DNA of 55,779 nucleotides, the filler included, from Catajapyx aquilonaris (Eukaryota), in the NCBI GenBank assembly GCA_000934665.2. It is 3 parts of 3 records of this genome, joined end to end, with 100 filler letters (N's around TTAATTAATTAA, not from the genome) between each part and the next. Parts side by side here need not be neighbours in the genome. Positions count along the whole stretch, not along the records: positions 18,647 to 37,166 come from JYFJ02006674.1; positions 37,267 to 55,779 come from JYFJ02006675.1; 1 more part is not named here. One strand, given 5' to 3'. Within the stretch, counting starts at the first letter, position 1; each line of letters opens with the position of its first letter. Position numbers and translations under genes: made by a program. Below, one piece after another: positions 36,587-50,161 of the stretch. The notes below the pieces were generated by a model, which was not told the DNA's origin, ran no database searches, and worked only from the letters and a program-made list of their open reading frames with translations.

Positions 36587-36802
36587 GTGGAGACCTATCT
36601 TCTCCGGGTACAACATGATGCTTATAGTCAGCATGCCCATCATGGACACTGACATACTGACATTGCGTCGAACTGACTCATGAACATCTGGCCAGGTGGG
36701 GAAGAGAATTGCGGCACACCCTGTACTCCTCTGATGGCGTCCTTTTGGATGCGGTCCCCCAAACGACACACTCCTCGTACACTCCAGGCTCAGACGATGC
36801 CT
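36587..36802 (-). pseudogene. Decayed copy of Lcp-like exon 2 with its splice acceptor
   Basis: Aligns to exon 2 (SEPGVYEECV...FMSQFD...MLYPEKIGLH) with frameshifts. Confidence 0.8.
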
Positions 36803-37166
36803 GACATCAGGTGCGAGAAACCGGATTTGTATAGGGATGTTACCGTGTTACACATGGGGCATGACATGTATGANCCTGACATCAGGTGCGAGAAACCGGA
36901 TTTGTATAGGGATGTTACCGTGTTACACATGGGGCATGACATGTATGATACATGAGGATAATATTATACAGTATAGTGAGAACTTCCCCTCGGCAAGTAA
37001 ATCCCCGTGTAGTGCGTGTGTTGCATGGAAAGAATTTGCACAAAATATAATCCGGAGCTAGCCAAGAAAATCAGGTAAGGGTGTGGAAAACACCCTCTGA
37101 GGGCACAAACGATATGATATATGAAACGGACAGTTAATGCAAAATAATACAGAACACAACGGTGGC

Positions 37167-37266
37167 NNNNNNNNNNNNNNNNNNNNNNNNNNNNNNNNNN
37201 NNNNNNNNNNTTAATTAATTAANNNNNNNNNNNNNNNNNNNNNNNNNNNNNNNNNNNNNNNNNNNN
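37167..37266. other. Scaffold gap with TTAATTAATTAA spacer
   Basis: Same 100-nt construct as 18547-18646. Confidence 0.95.
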
Positions 37267-38135
37267 TTGCTCTAATGAGTGTCACTACCTTCAGGTGGAA
37301 GGACATCATTATCAGCCCGCGCCATCTACCTTAGGCTCAGAACTTATTGGACGACCCTCGTACACTGTCGTAAAAAGAAGCAAGTCATATACGGTGGTGC
37401 AAAAGATTGGGTATAGGCAACAACTGTCATTCGAGAGACGCCCATATGACTCTGACTAATGATTGGCAATGGATGACATTTCTTGTCAAGCCCAGAAGAT
37501 CCTACCCCTTCCTTGTAGATAACTTCTGAATTAAAAAGCGAAATGATGAGAGAGAGTGTACACACATTCCAAAAAGTTCCCTATACATCTGCACATTAAA
37601 CATGAAATAACCATACGTGGTCCGTGTAATAACTGGTTCACAACCTCAGTACATTGATAGGAATTGCAATGGCCTTATAATCCATCTCACAGATATCTTT
37701 GTAGCAAGCGTTTGAATCCACAGCGATATCTTGAACTGTCCAAGTATTTTGGACGCAGCAGCCGCCGCTTATTTCCGCCAGGTGGCGATGTCTGTTCATA
37801 GCCATTAATGCAGGGAACTGTCCAGTCATGAGCATAAAGATGTGGATAGTAGACCAGCTGCCTGACGGAGCTTTTCCTTTACATGAAGCAAAGGAAAAGC
37901 TCTGCCAGGTGGCAATACTTGTGCTTAACCATTAATTTCCACCACTGTGCAGTATTCCCCCTGTATCTGCAAGGAATAGGATCCAAGCTCCCCCCCCCCC
38001 TGTCGATGCTTGGAAGGGCCAGTGTTTACATGATATTTTGTACAGATAAAAATAATGTCAATGTGAAAATGTGCTTGTGTACAACTGGCACTTACCTTTA
38101 ACAAAAGAAGAAAAAAAGGGGGGCGGGGCCTAGTT

Positions 38136-38382
38136 CAGTGGTTCCCAACCTGGGGGTCGCGACCCCCAAGGGGGCCATGGAGCAGGTCCAGGGGGGCCGC
38201 CAGAGGTCACGGTTATTTTTATATAATAAAAAATAACTGAAATTAATAAAATAAATTTTATAGGAAACTTCACCGTGAAGGTTTTTTTTCGCCATCTACT
38301 AACACCTGGGGGGGGGGGGGGGGNTAGGTTACTTTACTATCATAAAAGGGGGTCGCAACCCGAAAAAGATAGGGAACCAGTG
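38136..38382. mobile_element. hAT-type MITE
   Basis: CAGTGGTTCCCAACC...AGGGAACCAGTG with a perfect 8-bp TSD GCCTAGTT. Confidence 0.85.
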
Positions 38383-41300
38383 GCCTAGTTGGTACACACT
38401 GTTGAACCACTACCAGGAGAGTCCTTACTCTCACTAGATTGGTTCCTTAGATTTAATGAATAATTCCATTCTTCTCTTCCAGTGCTGGAACAAGGTTGTG
38501 CAATTACTTCTGGGAGCGCTGCAATGAACTGGGCCTCAGGTACAACCCTGTGGATTATGAACAGGTAGTCTCCAAAAAACCATATCGGCTAGCTTAATTT
38601 CCCCGTTTTGCTAGCCTTATTGAAAAGTTACATGTTAAACTGGTGATTAATATCGTACAAAACAGATGATTTCTTTGAAGTTAACTTATTTGATGACTCC
38701 ACTGAGCTGGCTAAGATATGTTCACCCCTACCTCCTTGCTTGCCCAGCTGAATATTGCNTCAGTTAAGACAGTCATGTTAGAGTGGTTTCTTCTGTCTCT
38801 CCCCCCCCCCCTTCCCCCCATGTGTAAGGATTGATGACACATTTTCCAACCACTGTAACAAACATGGTGTGTAAGTTGATAATTAAGTTGATATTGATCA
38901 TGAACTCATAAGTTACAAGGCCACTTGGGACACTCGACTTTTATAACTGATCATATATGTAATGAATTAAAATAAGGAATTCACTGATTTGGAGCATTAT
39001 TGGCCTAATCCAAGTTAGCCTCCATTGATACCACTAATCTCAGGATTAAGTGCTTTAAATTTGAGTTTGGTTTGTTATGTAAATTGAGACATGATTAATT
39101 CACCTTGAAGTGTCCTTGCTGGCTGGTGGCCACTCTCTTCTGCTGTTCAACCTTTTGGCAGGTGGGACGGTATTTTCATTAGTCCTCATTTTTAAATGTA
39201 ACCCACCTGCAAAGGTTCCCTTTTATTGAGCATAGTTTTTTTTCTGTCACTCATTAGGAATAATTAAGTTTGGGGTGACCTTAACCCTCTGACTCTTATG
39301 TGAACATTATAATGTATGTTGGTTAAATGCACCATGGATCATAATGTCCGTTTTTTTTTTCTTTATCTTTTTGTCTGTGCACTGCAATTTTTAGTGGGAG
39401 TTGTTCATAATAATGTAAAATGAACTCAGTTTTAACCTATCTATTTTGGTATTTCAAATACCCACATTTGAAATTCCCAATTTAGCCATTTAATATCATT
39501 TAAAAACACAGGAGGCACTAGAAACTTTCGATAAATATTTTAATTTTAAAGCAATGGTACATGACAATCAAGTGGATCTTCACCAAAACATATTTAATGA
39601 AAACTGATTTTACAAGACTGGGTTTGCCGTCTCAATTGGGATAATACAATAGGTGAATAGGAGGATATGATTGGGCCCCATTAATGTCATCACTTCTGGT
39701 CTTAATGAACAATTGGCATCAAGAAAAATTGCATAATATATCATTCTTTGATTTCAAATCAAAATGATCCTAGTTCCTAGTACTTCCTGTCATGGGTTTA
39801 AAATTGCCGAGTGCCACAGTGGATAGGAAACAACTGACTTCCAGTTTTTCATTTCACTTTATTGTGGACAGATTTCAATGAAAATTGTAGTGCACAATAA
39901 AGTACTATTCTGGAAGGAAATCCTTCGCTTACTTATGAGAGTTTAAAAAAATATTCGGACATGTAGCCTGTAAAGGCCTAGCTCAGCTGACCCAAAATGC
40001 AGGGAAAATTCTAAATACTTGATTATTTTTTTGACTTTAACAGATAATAAGATCTCTAATTAAGTTATAACACTATGGCTTTTTGTGAATTGTTTCTGTC
40101 CAATTCAGAATCCAGGATGGCTTCTGTGCACAATGTCACGTTAACATGAGAATCTAGACACTGAGGAAATTTTTCCTGTTGCAAGTGATGTCAAAGTTAC
40201 TTCTATTGGGTTCTTACCATTACCTGACATTTGGGGGACCAGACCCACCGGCCACCCATGCTTAACTCAGAACATCCAACTCTCTGACTCTAGGAGCATT
40301 TGCCTTGGGTGATATTGGCCTGGAGAGTAAAATTTGTTAGTGGACTTGGTTGAACTGGTTTGAACACTGGTTTGCTATGGAAACGTGACGAAACTCTGTG
40401 CAAGCTTCATAGCAACCACCAGCGTACGTTCCCACTCATCTTGAGAGCATAGCGTTAAGGGGAGTATTTTGTGGCTGATCCCCATATAAGGTCCAGGCAG
40501 GAGAAAGTTTTTCCGAATTATGAGCATATGGGTCATGAAGATGGTTAAGACTAAGATTAATAATAAAACCATGTGCATAATTATGCATGTCATATACATC
40601 ATTTTTACTACTCCCTTGGTAAATCGGGATAATTGAAGCAGGTAAAGTGGAATGTGCAAGAGTGCGCACAACAGTTCGTGCAGTGTGCACGGTTAGCATT
40701 GTCAATGATAGCACGAAAATGGAACCTACTGAATTGGTTCAAGTAATTTTTAAAATGTGCCATGGAAACAGGCCTGAAGATTCCAATCTGAAACTGTTTC
40801 TCTCAAATTTTGTGGCACAGGGCTTAAAAAGCCAACTCTTTAGTTATTCATTCATTTTAGCCTTGTCCTCACAGTAAAAATAGTTTTCTCTTGTCATGTG
40901 TGTTTAATTTCTTTACATGAGAGCCAGAGGGACAACCCAGACCATTAGGAACAAATTCTCCCCGTGGGAATTTGTACACGAAAACTACTGAAAATAGGAA
41001 TGAGATCACATGTATACACGGTTTTTTAAAAAGTGCTAGCGTTATTCAGAAGGTCTGAAATCTAATTTTTCGCTCACTGACACTAAGTTATGTTGTTCTG
41101 GTGAACATAATCGAATGATATTTTGAAGTTTGTGTTTTCATGACCACTGTTCCAACTTGCCTCCTACTTCTGAACTTTTGTGGTGTTTAGGATATGTTAC
41201 ATCAGTATTGTCTACTTCTACAAGGTGCACAGTTTAATTTTTTAAAGTAGTATTTCTTTGTAAACTTGGCACTGCAGTGTTCCGAGATACTATGTAAAAT

Positions 41301-41495
41301 TGGGTAGGGGGGAAGGGTCCTGAGGATCAATGATGGTCTTAAAATGTTGCTATTGTGATTACAGTGATTTTTTGGGGGTTGGGGTTGGGGAGGGAGAGGG
41401 TTTTAAACAACCTATTGGCAAAAAAGTATATTTTTGTCTGAACGTTTCTTAATAAAGTTGGAAGCATATGTTTTGTTGTGTTTCTTGGTAGCAGC

Positions 41496-44400
41496 TTATA
41501 AGACACCCCTGTACAACTGGAGTGCTCCTTGGGCTGCAGGGGCAAAGTGCATCCCGGAGGTGGATAAAGCTTGGAATGCATCAGTTATCGAGATGACCCT
41601 GAGGTCACTAGTTTCATCTGCTTCACTTTGTTGCCCAGTTTTGTACAGCTCGACTACATGTGAGCTTGGCAGGTTGCACCTGGAGAATTAAATGGCATGA
41701 TGTTGAAAGATCCAGTTACTGTTTACACATAGGAGTGCACTTTGAAACCAAATATTCCTTTGTTGTGGGTGATAAATGATAATACATGCCAAAAAAAAAA
41801 GGTCATTCTGATACAATGGCACACATTCACAATTAATGAAGATAGCTCCATGGCACAGTACTGGTTTTTCGAAGACATTATTTCAGATGTCTTTTGTAGA
41901 TTATTTCCCCCAAAGCAGCAAGTAATGCTTTCATGACTTAGGCATCAACATTTTTAATTAAATCTTATCAGGTTATTTCAAATTATGAAACCTATTATTA
42001 TTAAATACCTGATTGTATTGTGACAATATAATGGCAGAACTCAGCAATGTTTAACTTGAAGCAGACTGTTTAAGTTGTGACATCATCTACTTGCAAATCT
42101 AACCACCCTTCAATTCAAGGACAGTGATTATTATTATTGCTTAAAAGTTGGGGAGGTGTGGTGGCTGAGATGGTAACGTCTCGGCTTGCTGAGTGAAAGG
42201 CCCCAGGTTTGATCCCCGCCTGGGGAACCTTACTTTCACCTGTGTCAGGAGGGTCCCTCACCTGCACCAAGGAGGTGTCTGGCAACCTAACCTCCTGGGG
42301 AACAGCACATGACCCATAGCTACGACATTGCACTTGCACCCATGTTCCCGCCCCAAAAAACCCTATCCTTACCCATTGTCCCTGTTTCCTTGCACCGGTA
42401 TTATGCCACAATGAGATATACGTATTATGCACAATCGTTTTGGAATGCTCAGCTGAGACATTGTGGCATAATAACAATTAAACCATTACTGAATTGGCTG
42501 TTTTAAAATTATTTCTGGATCAAAAAATGTCAAATTAATCATTTAACCCCGTGAAAAGTTTTTAAAATCATTCTTACACGACAATAAAAATTATAGAAAA
42601 ATCGTGAAACCGACTCCTTTTGCAGAGGGCCTAACATGCACAAAATGTTTTATGGTTGGCATATATCGTATTTATGTGCTCCAGATTTTGCGGAAATCTC
42701 GAGTAAACAGTTCCGGTACAATTTAAACGCCATTCAAAACAAATCATTTGGGTAGATTAATGATGAATGCGAAAATCATAATATTTAGGCCGCCATTTTG
42801 GATCCAATTTTTTGATTTTATTAGGATGATGATAACCATCTCACAGAGCACGAAAACACATTTACAATGCACAAGTCAAGTTTAAGATTTAACCCGATCT
42901 TCTGGGTGTTATGGTCCTCCAACTGACAGCGTACTGGTCGAAAAAGCGCCCCGGCTGCATTTTCGCCCTCTGGCGGGTGAGATTCCAAAAAGCTCCTCCT
43001 AGACTCTTCGGAAATATGAAGCATATATGGGTGATTCTCCAAAAACTTGCCATTTTCAAAGCAAGAATTAATGAATTTCAAAACTTGTTTTAAAAATCTG
43101 GAAAAATTCTCACTTACTCTATATGAGGTCACAAATTAGGGAAAAATATGGAGAACTAATTCTGATATTCTAATGGCAGGAGAGTGAATATTTCCAGGAG
43201 TTCGGGAGCCAGAAGAATGACCTATGCATGCAATAGGATTAATATCACGGTCCAGAACAAACGTTGTCTATGGAGATTTCGGTGGGTTCAAGAAGACCCT
43301 TCATTCCATGGAATCACAGTTATTTCAAAACATTTAAACTATTTTGTGACATAGAAAAATGAGCCAGGAGTGTGAACTTTTTATTTCCGGGAGTTTGGGA
43401 GCCAGAAGAATTGACCTTTGGATGCATTAGGATCGATTAGGATTAATATCACGGTCCAGAACAAACGTTGACTCTGGAAATTTCTGTGGGTTCAAGAAGA
43501 CCCTTCATGCTATGGAATCATAGTTATTTCAAAACATTTAAGCTATTTTGTGACACAGAAAAATGAGCCAGGAGTGTTAACTTTTTATTTCCGGGAAAAC
43601 TCGGGACACTTTGGAGTGATGCAGCAAGGTCATGTCAAATGAATAAATCGTTTTAAAAATGTTGTTTTATACCTGCAACTATGTACAGTATTGAAACTTG
43701 TCTAATGTTAATAATTAAATTGTAAGAAAATATAGCATGCTTTAAAATGAGATCGGGACATGCCAAGAATAGTGATTTTAGGCCCTTTGACACTTTTTGC
43801 AGTAAAACTTAATTTAATATATTTCTTTATTTTCATGGGGATGGCTAGGTGTCAACTGCTTCTACAAATGTTTAAAAAATCAACTCTCTCAGTCAAGCCA
43901 TTTTTGAGTTATTATGCTGGGACATGGTATTGGTAAGTTTTTGGAGAATCACCCATATATCTAGCTTCATTTTGAGTACCATTCAAAATATCTCAAAAAT
44001 GGCCAACGTTGAGTAATATCAAAAACAAACATTTGGCTGCCATCTTGTAATCGAAATATTTTTTACTGCAATTTTCGCTGCAATATTATGAAAGGCCGTT
44101 AAAAGAGCTGCCGGAATCACGTATCACATTTTAATTAACTTTGGGGATTCAAAAGTTATGCACCTCCATTCAAAGGCCTGACAGCGTAAAATGACTGAAA
44201 AAGCGCAACTTACACACCCTGTAGTTACGGAACTACGCAACTCAAAGGGATAATAATTTGGATTCCTGCATAGGTCGATGAGTAGTACATGTCACTAAAT
44301 TTTGGTCAAGGTCCTCAAAGATTTGTCGGAAGGTGGCCCGCTTGACGTGGAATGCCTCATACATGTGTGTATATATACAGGGTGTAAATGAATTCGGGGG

Positions 44401-45553
44401 ACAAACTTCTAGGGGTAATAGAGGGACCAATACAAACATATTTCACACAGGAAGCCGTGTCCGGAAACACCATCTAGAGGGGGTTCATAGACGAGGAACG
44501 GGTGCACTCAGACGCGTCAGGCGGTCGGCGCTAGCAAGCGGACCGTTTAGTTGCTAGGTGGTGCGCGGATTGTACACATCTTCGCAATTCGCCATAACCT
44601 GGCAACAACGGAGTTGTTGTTTATTATCTGTGCGCTACCTAGCATGCTGACTTTAGTTTTTAGGTGGCTAGCTGATGTTGCCAGGTTATGGCAAATTGCG
44701 AAGTTGTGTACAATCTGCGCGCCACCTAGCAACAAAACGGTCCGCTCGCTAACGCCGCCCGCCTGACGCGTCTGAGCGCACCCGTTCCTTGTCTATGAAC
44801 CCCCTCTAGATGGCGTTTCCAGACACGGTTTCCTATGTCAAATATGTTTGTCTTGGTCCCCTCTATTACCCCTACAAGTTTGTCCCCCGAATTCATTTAC
44901 ACCCTATACACACACACACACAGCCTTGTCTTCACTAAGGAGTGGGGACGTGGAAATTCAACTTTTCGAAGCTAGTGTAAACTAAACTAAACTAACCTAA
45001 CCTAACCTAACCTACCCTACCCTACCCTACCCTAACGAACCTAGGCTGAGAAAAATGGACTTTTGTGAAACCCTACAAATGAAAATAGTGGGGACATGTC
45101 CCCACTAATTTAGACATGTCCCCACTGTAATAGTATACACATCGCGTGTGTGAAACTGTGGGGACTGACAAATGTCCCCGCAATTCGAACTGTGGGGACA
45201 GACGTCCCCACAGCTACAGTAAAAGCACAAACTTCCGTCCCCAGACCTAATTGAAGACATGAACACCCACCCACCCACACCCACACACGCACACCCACCG
45301 ATGTTATAATGTGCTATCCTTGTGAGGGTCTGGCAAAAATAAAAATTTAAAACTAACCTAACCTACAAAAAACACACGATATTTTGGTGACCTATTTTTT
45401 CACAGTAAAAAGGAGGTCTTGGTTTGATTTTCCGCCATCCTTGTGAGGACTGTGTACCTTATGAGGGCCTGAAAAAAGTCCTCGTAAGGTTTTCGGTCCT
45501 CACAAGGATAGGAAACAAGCGAAAAAAATCCTCACAAGGATAGCAATGTCTGA

Positions 45554-45598
<45 letters not shown>

Positions 45599-48469
45599 AC
45601 TGATGGTGGTATGCCACCCCCCTATAGCTCCCGTAAGGGACATCACTGGGTAAAATAAATAAACAAACAAATAAATAAAAATATTGCTTAAAAGTGTATC
45701 AGTAAGTCACAAAATAAATTTTAACTGGTGGTTTTCCCACTCAGCAGTTCCTCAACGGGACTGCTGAGTGGGAAAAAAATGGCTGACCTGTTCACTTATT
45801 TCAGTCAAATTACTCATATCACCGAGATTTTGGACTTGGTGTGACTGCGAAATCCATGGTTGCAGGACTATCTGCCCTAGAATACCTTCCTGATGCTGCT
45901 GCGGGGCAAACAATTGACATAAATACACATTACCACTCACTACTATGCATTCGGAAGTGACACAAGTTGACCCATTGTGCAGGATATGTCCTTGGCTGCC
46001 TTAACCTGTTGACAGCGGAGTTTTTGGCAGGTTTTTGGGCTGTTTTCTTCTCTTTTTGTCCACAATTTGATGTAGGAGTGATATTAACTTCATGCCAAAA
46101 TTAATCTTTTTAATTCGGGATGGTCCTTTTTAATGTAAAATGCTAGAAAAAATTCATCTACAGGGTGTTCCAGAAATAATTTTCAAAGAATCGTTTGGCT
46201 CGTATAACGTCGATAAGCCTAACAAGTTTACATAATCACTATACACTGTTATTATGGTTGCATAATATTACCACAACGCTACGAGAAACAGGTTCCAGAC
46301 TTCACTGACACCTTGTACTCATGACGTTTTTTTACATAAAAGATGACGCGGCAGCCATGTGGTGTGGCATGTTCGACTCAGCTTTGCTCCGCCCAGTGGA
46401 TTGTGGGAGGGTCATGGTAGTTGTGTCACCATCCAAGAGATGGCAGGAGTATATTGAACCGAATTTGGAACCGCAAAGTTCGAATTCTCTGTACACATTT
46501 TAGCGTGCCAAATTCAAACATCCGCAGATCCTCATATGAGGCGCGTCAGGCGTCACCCTCAACAGGTTAGGTCTTGAAATCCACCCACCCTCAGCCACTT
46601 TTCCTGCTGTTTGTGCACTGCAAAACCCATTGTTGTTTCCAACAATTATATCTAACAACCCCCCCAGACAAAAGTGCACCTCATTATCAAAACACTGTTG
46701 CATGTTATTCTATAGATCAGTGATGAGCCAAGTGCCAAGTTCCTATGCCAAGAAGTTGTGAAGAGAGCATCTCATTGTTGCTTAATAACAACCTAGTGAT
46801 TGTTGCAACGACACTTTTAAAATAATTAGTTATATACAGGGTGTATCTGAACTCAGTGCCCCGACGTATATGACTGCCTTCCTAGCCACCAGAGGATCGA
46901 TTTAAGAGTATAGGAGTCATTATGTTTGGCCGCCGCATTACGGACATAATTGGCCGCAAACATGTAGTACAAAATATCCTGTCGATTAGGCCACCCATCG
47001 AACCCTCCCCCAGTCAGAAGGCTCTGGAAGGTCTGGGGGCCAGACTTTGGTGGTTTGTTGCCCACAGGTGGTAAGGCCTCTTTGGCTAGTTACACCAGAA
47101 AATTCTATTTAAGAGTCAGAAGGAGCGATTAGGCAAAAATCGCTAAAGAGTGTATCTCAGTAATGAGGCTGCCCAGACATATGACTCCTATACTTAAATC
47201 GATCCTCTGGTGGCTAGGAAGGCAGTCATATACGTCGGGGCACTGAGTTCAGATACACCCTGTATAACCTAGTATCTGATGCATCATTGGGCCACAAGAT
47301 TATTTTTTTTGCCTTACACAAACGATAAGGATTCCAAAACTGGCTCCCTTTCTGATTGCTTAACAATGGGGGTCATTTTAAATTTGAAGTAATAATTTAT
47401 CTTTTATTATCCTGACCATTGACATCAGGAATTATTGTTACCTGGTTAAAGTCCTATCAAGCTTGTTTTTTAAAAATGTGACAGAATTTTTAATGCACCA
47501 GCCTTTCTGCAATTTGCATGCAAATTGAGGAGAATATATTTTGGGAATTGATAGTTAAGCATCAGGCATAAAGGTGTGGATTTAATTTTCACAATAATAC
47601 TAAGTGTATCCCTGCTGTTGCTTCTGATATACAGGAGAAGCATATATTGATGGTATATGTACTGAATGGATCAACAACCTACTAAGTATTTGTTGTGGGT
47701 AAAAATAATGATCACGTAATTTGCTGTTTCAGGACCAGGTAGTCAGACACAACCCAGCAGTGTACCAAGTGCTCTTCATATTTTAGGGGTAGGCTACTTA
47801 CCTGGTGATGAACTCAAGGCTGGGACGTCCTCCATGATTCTTATTTCGAATGACTCCAAGAACCAGTGGTTTTTCCAAATGTTCTTGACTTAGGTTAAGC
47901 TCATCTTTGATCTCTCTAAGTATGGAGGCAAATATTTCTTCTAGTACCAAATCAGAACTGAAATCTTGACAGTTGTCTGGCTCTGGATGTCCTCCCGGTC
48001 TGTCAAGTAATCCAGGTGATTCACAGGTCCATTCAGCCCGCTGCCCGAAAACAAGTTGATCATCCAGAGTGTGTATTAGTGAGCCAACCCCAAGGGGATC
48101 TGACATATAGGCTTGAGAGCAGTTGAAGTCCTTCATTCCTTCTTGCTGTAGATGGCCAGAGTCTGATGCAAGATTAGTGGCAACAAAAGTTTTGTAGTCA
48201 GTGAGGCCCACTGAAAGTTTACTCATCCCTGACACATCTGCTGGAGGTGAAAATTCAGCCAAGCGAAACTTTGATGCATTATGGAGACGTGGGTTGGTGG
48301 AGGAAAGGCTCTTCCATCGAAAGTCCATTAAATCCTGGGATGGCTTCCCAGTCATTCGACCATAGATGTCAGATGAAAAGGCCACTTGAAATTTGGACTT
48401 TGGTTGAGGCTGGCCATGAACCAGAGCACTTTCAATGCTTAAGTGACTGGTAAACTGCAATGAAAACAT
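41496..48469 (-). CDS. NUDT22: Nudix hydrolase NUDT22 (UDP-glucose/galactose pyrophosphatase-like), about 283 aa, 2 coding exons
   Basis: Exon 48469-47802: LHNASKFRL, GLTDYKTFVATN, SDPLGVG, PGGHPEP, SILREIKDELNL, RNKNHGGRPSLEF. A phase-2 intron joins exon 41679-41496: CNLPSSHVVELY...EADET...APAAQGALQLY*. Start codon inferred. Confidence 0.9.
42150..42397 (+). mobile_element. tRNA-derived SINE, family B, copy 3 (3'-truncated)
   Basis: Reverse complement of 13262-13512 with few differences. Confidence 0.85.
43190..43594. repeat. Direct tandem duplication, about 200 bp x2
   Basis: GGAGCCAGAAGAAT...TTAATATCACGGTCCAGAACAAACGTTG...GAAAAATGAGCCAGGAGTGT occurs twice. Confidence 0.85.
44378..44906. 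mobile_element. Palindromic Tc1/mariner-type MITE
   Basis: TA|CAGGGTGTAAATGAATTCGGGGGACAAAC... with over 200-bp near-perfect inverted arms and TA flanks. Confidence 0.9.
45555..45594. repeat. (CA)n microsatellite
   Basis: Direct observation. Confidence 0.95.
46837..47262. mobile_element. Tc1/mariner-type MITE with about 85-bp TIRs
   Basis: TA|CAGGGTGTATCTGAACTCAGTGCCCCGACG...CGTCGGGGCACTGAGTTCAGATACACCCTG|TA. Confidence 0.9.
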
Positions 48470-48619
48470 GTGTGGGAGTAATAAGCCAGCCACATTACAA
48501 TATGTGAAAAGTAAACTGATTACACAGAAACATTATTTTCTGCTGGATATGACCAGTGTGACAGTTACGGATGATTCCTTTTCGGCTCACTGCATTTGTG
48601 AGAAGGCAACTTGACACTT

Positions 48620-48866
48620 GAGGGGGTTAAAATAAAAAACCGACAGCTCCGTCATAAACGTAACGGAGAAAAACGAGAAAAACCTACAGTTTCGCCATAT
48701 ATGTCAACGTAGATACCTGAATGTAGCGGCTATTCCCATGTACATATGTAGGGTTTTTGATACCATATTCAGGTATTATGTAGTCCATGGCATGAGGAAT
48801 GCATTTCCGGCGCTAACTAATTTTTTTTATTTTCTGGAGCTGTCGGTTTTTGATTTTAACCCCCTC
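48620..48866. mobile_element. Sola-like MITE
   Basis: TIR GAGGGGGTTAAAAT...ATTTTAACCCCCTC; 4-bp TSD ACTT. Confidence 0.8.
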
Positions 48867-49910
48867 ACTTGCATAATGAACACATACTTGCACAGCTTGT
48901 CAATAAAGCTTGAATATGAGAAGGGTAAATCACTTTTGGGAACCAGTGTATGCCGGCATTAAGTTCATAGTACCAAGCAGAAATGCAAGATATGAGGCAC
49001 ATAAGAAATATTTTCATTTCTCTGCTTACTGCCCACAAAGGTCAAATTATTTTATTCATGTTCAGGGCAAGTTGTTATAATGAGAGCAGTACAAAACAAA
49101 GTTCAGCCCTCACAAGACCACCTCTAACACAACTGGCTTGACCTCTTCATCACTTTTGCGGACCTCAATCTGTAGTCTCTCATGACCCAGTTCCTCTACT
49201 TTAGCTGCATGTTTGGTTGTGTTGGAGCATGCCGGGTCTTCTAGAGTGATATATTCCAGGTTGTCTTGGGAATTTAAGAATAGGACTGTTCAAGCTTTGA
49301 CTAGGGTGTATGGTGCATCACCAGACAATAGTGCACACATGTGCCTCAAAGATGTCCTCGACACCTGGTCCCTTCACCACCACTACATGACAATTATGTG
49401 AGATGTTAGGTGACAAAATGCTGTGCACCAGGTCACTTCTGATTTATTTCTGAACCGGAGAATGCTGATTTCATTATAGTGTCAAATTCCCAGACTTGTT
49501 ATTCCTTGAAGGAACAACAGGACCCAAACTTATCTGATGCCCTCACACATTGTACAACAGGAACTGCCGGGAACTGGCTAGGAACTAAAATATTAATGGA
49601 AACAGGGCTTCCATATTGGAATCCAAGGAACCACTTGCTGGAAAGTGTCAGTGAGAACCATATACCTGGAGCATATCAGGTACTGTTGAACAGGAGCCAT
49701 CCTGATTCTTGCACAAACCATCGGATTCCATTTGGAACTGAATGTGTGGCTGTTTTTTTTTGGATGTTGTGTTTATCTGAAGAAATACGTAAATTAGTTT
49801 TTAAAGTTGGTGTTGTTACTGCTACTACACGTATAAGTTAATCGAAATATTGTAAGTTTTACAGCTCTAAGCAATTCAAGCATTTCTAATTAAATTGCTT
49901 GACACAAATT

Positions 49911-50161
49911 GAGTGGCTGAGAAGCAGAGTGGTTCATGTCGAAATTCGGCCATTTTGAGTTGTCGCTAGCATGGCATTCCCCATGCCCAACTCTGTTTTG
50001 TAACTTGGCCTAAAGACGTTTGTAATATTTGCTATCAAATTATTAAGTTAATGTGACTTACTTTTACCATGGCTGCAATAAAGGCAAGCCTAGAACTTTT
50101 CATGCGTTTATCTCAAAACTATATCTTTTTCGACATGAACTACTCTGCTTCTCAGCCACTC
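49911..50161. mobile_element. Sola-like MITE
   Basis: 34-bp TIR GAGTGGCTGAGAAGCAGAGT(G/A)GTTCATGTCGAAA; 4-bp TSD AATT. Confidence 0.85.

Noticed and set aside
923..36802. Functional link between the chemoreceptors and oxygenases (odorant-degrading cluster)
   Set aside because: Separated by a scaffold gap and unrelated genes; adjacency alone is weak evidence in a eukaryote.
36800..36948. Perfect 74-bp tandem duplication
   Set aside because: An N sits exactly at the junction, so it is probably an unmerged contig overlap.
44978..45045. (CCTAA)-like repeats resembling the arthropod TTAGG telomere
   Set aside because: Short, degenerate and internal to a repeat element flanked by (CA)n; no evidence of a telomere.
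49110..49780. Exon-like open segments upstream of NUDT22
   Set aside because: No consistent spliced model or recognisable protein family.
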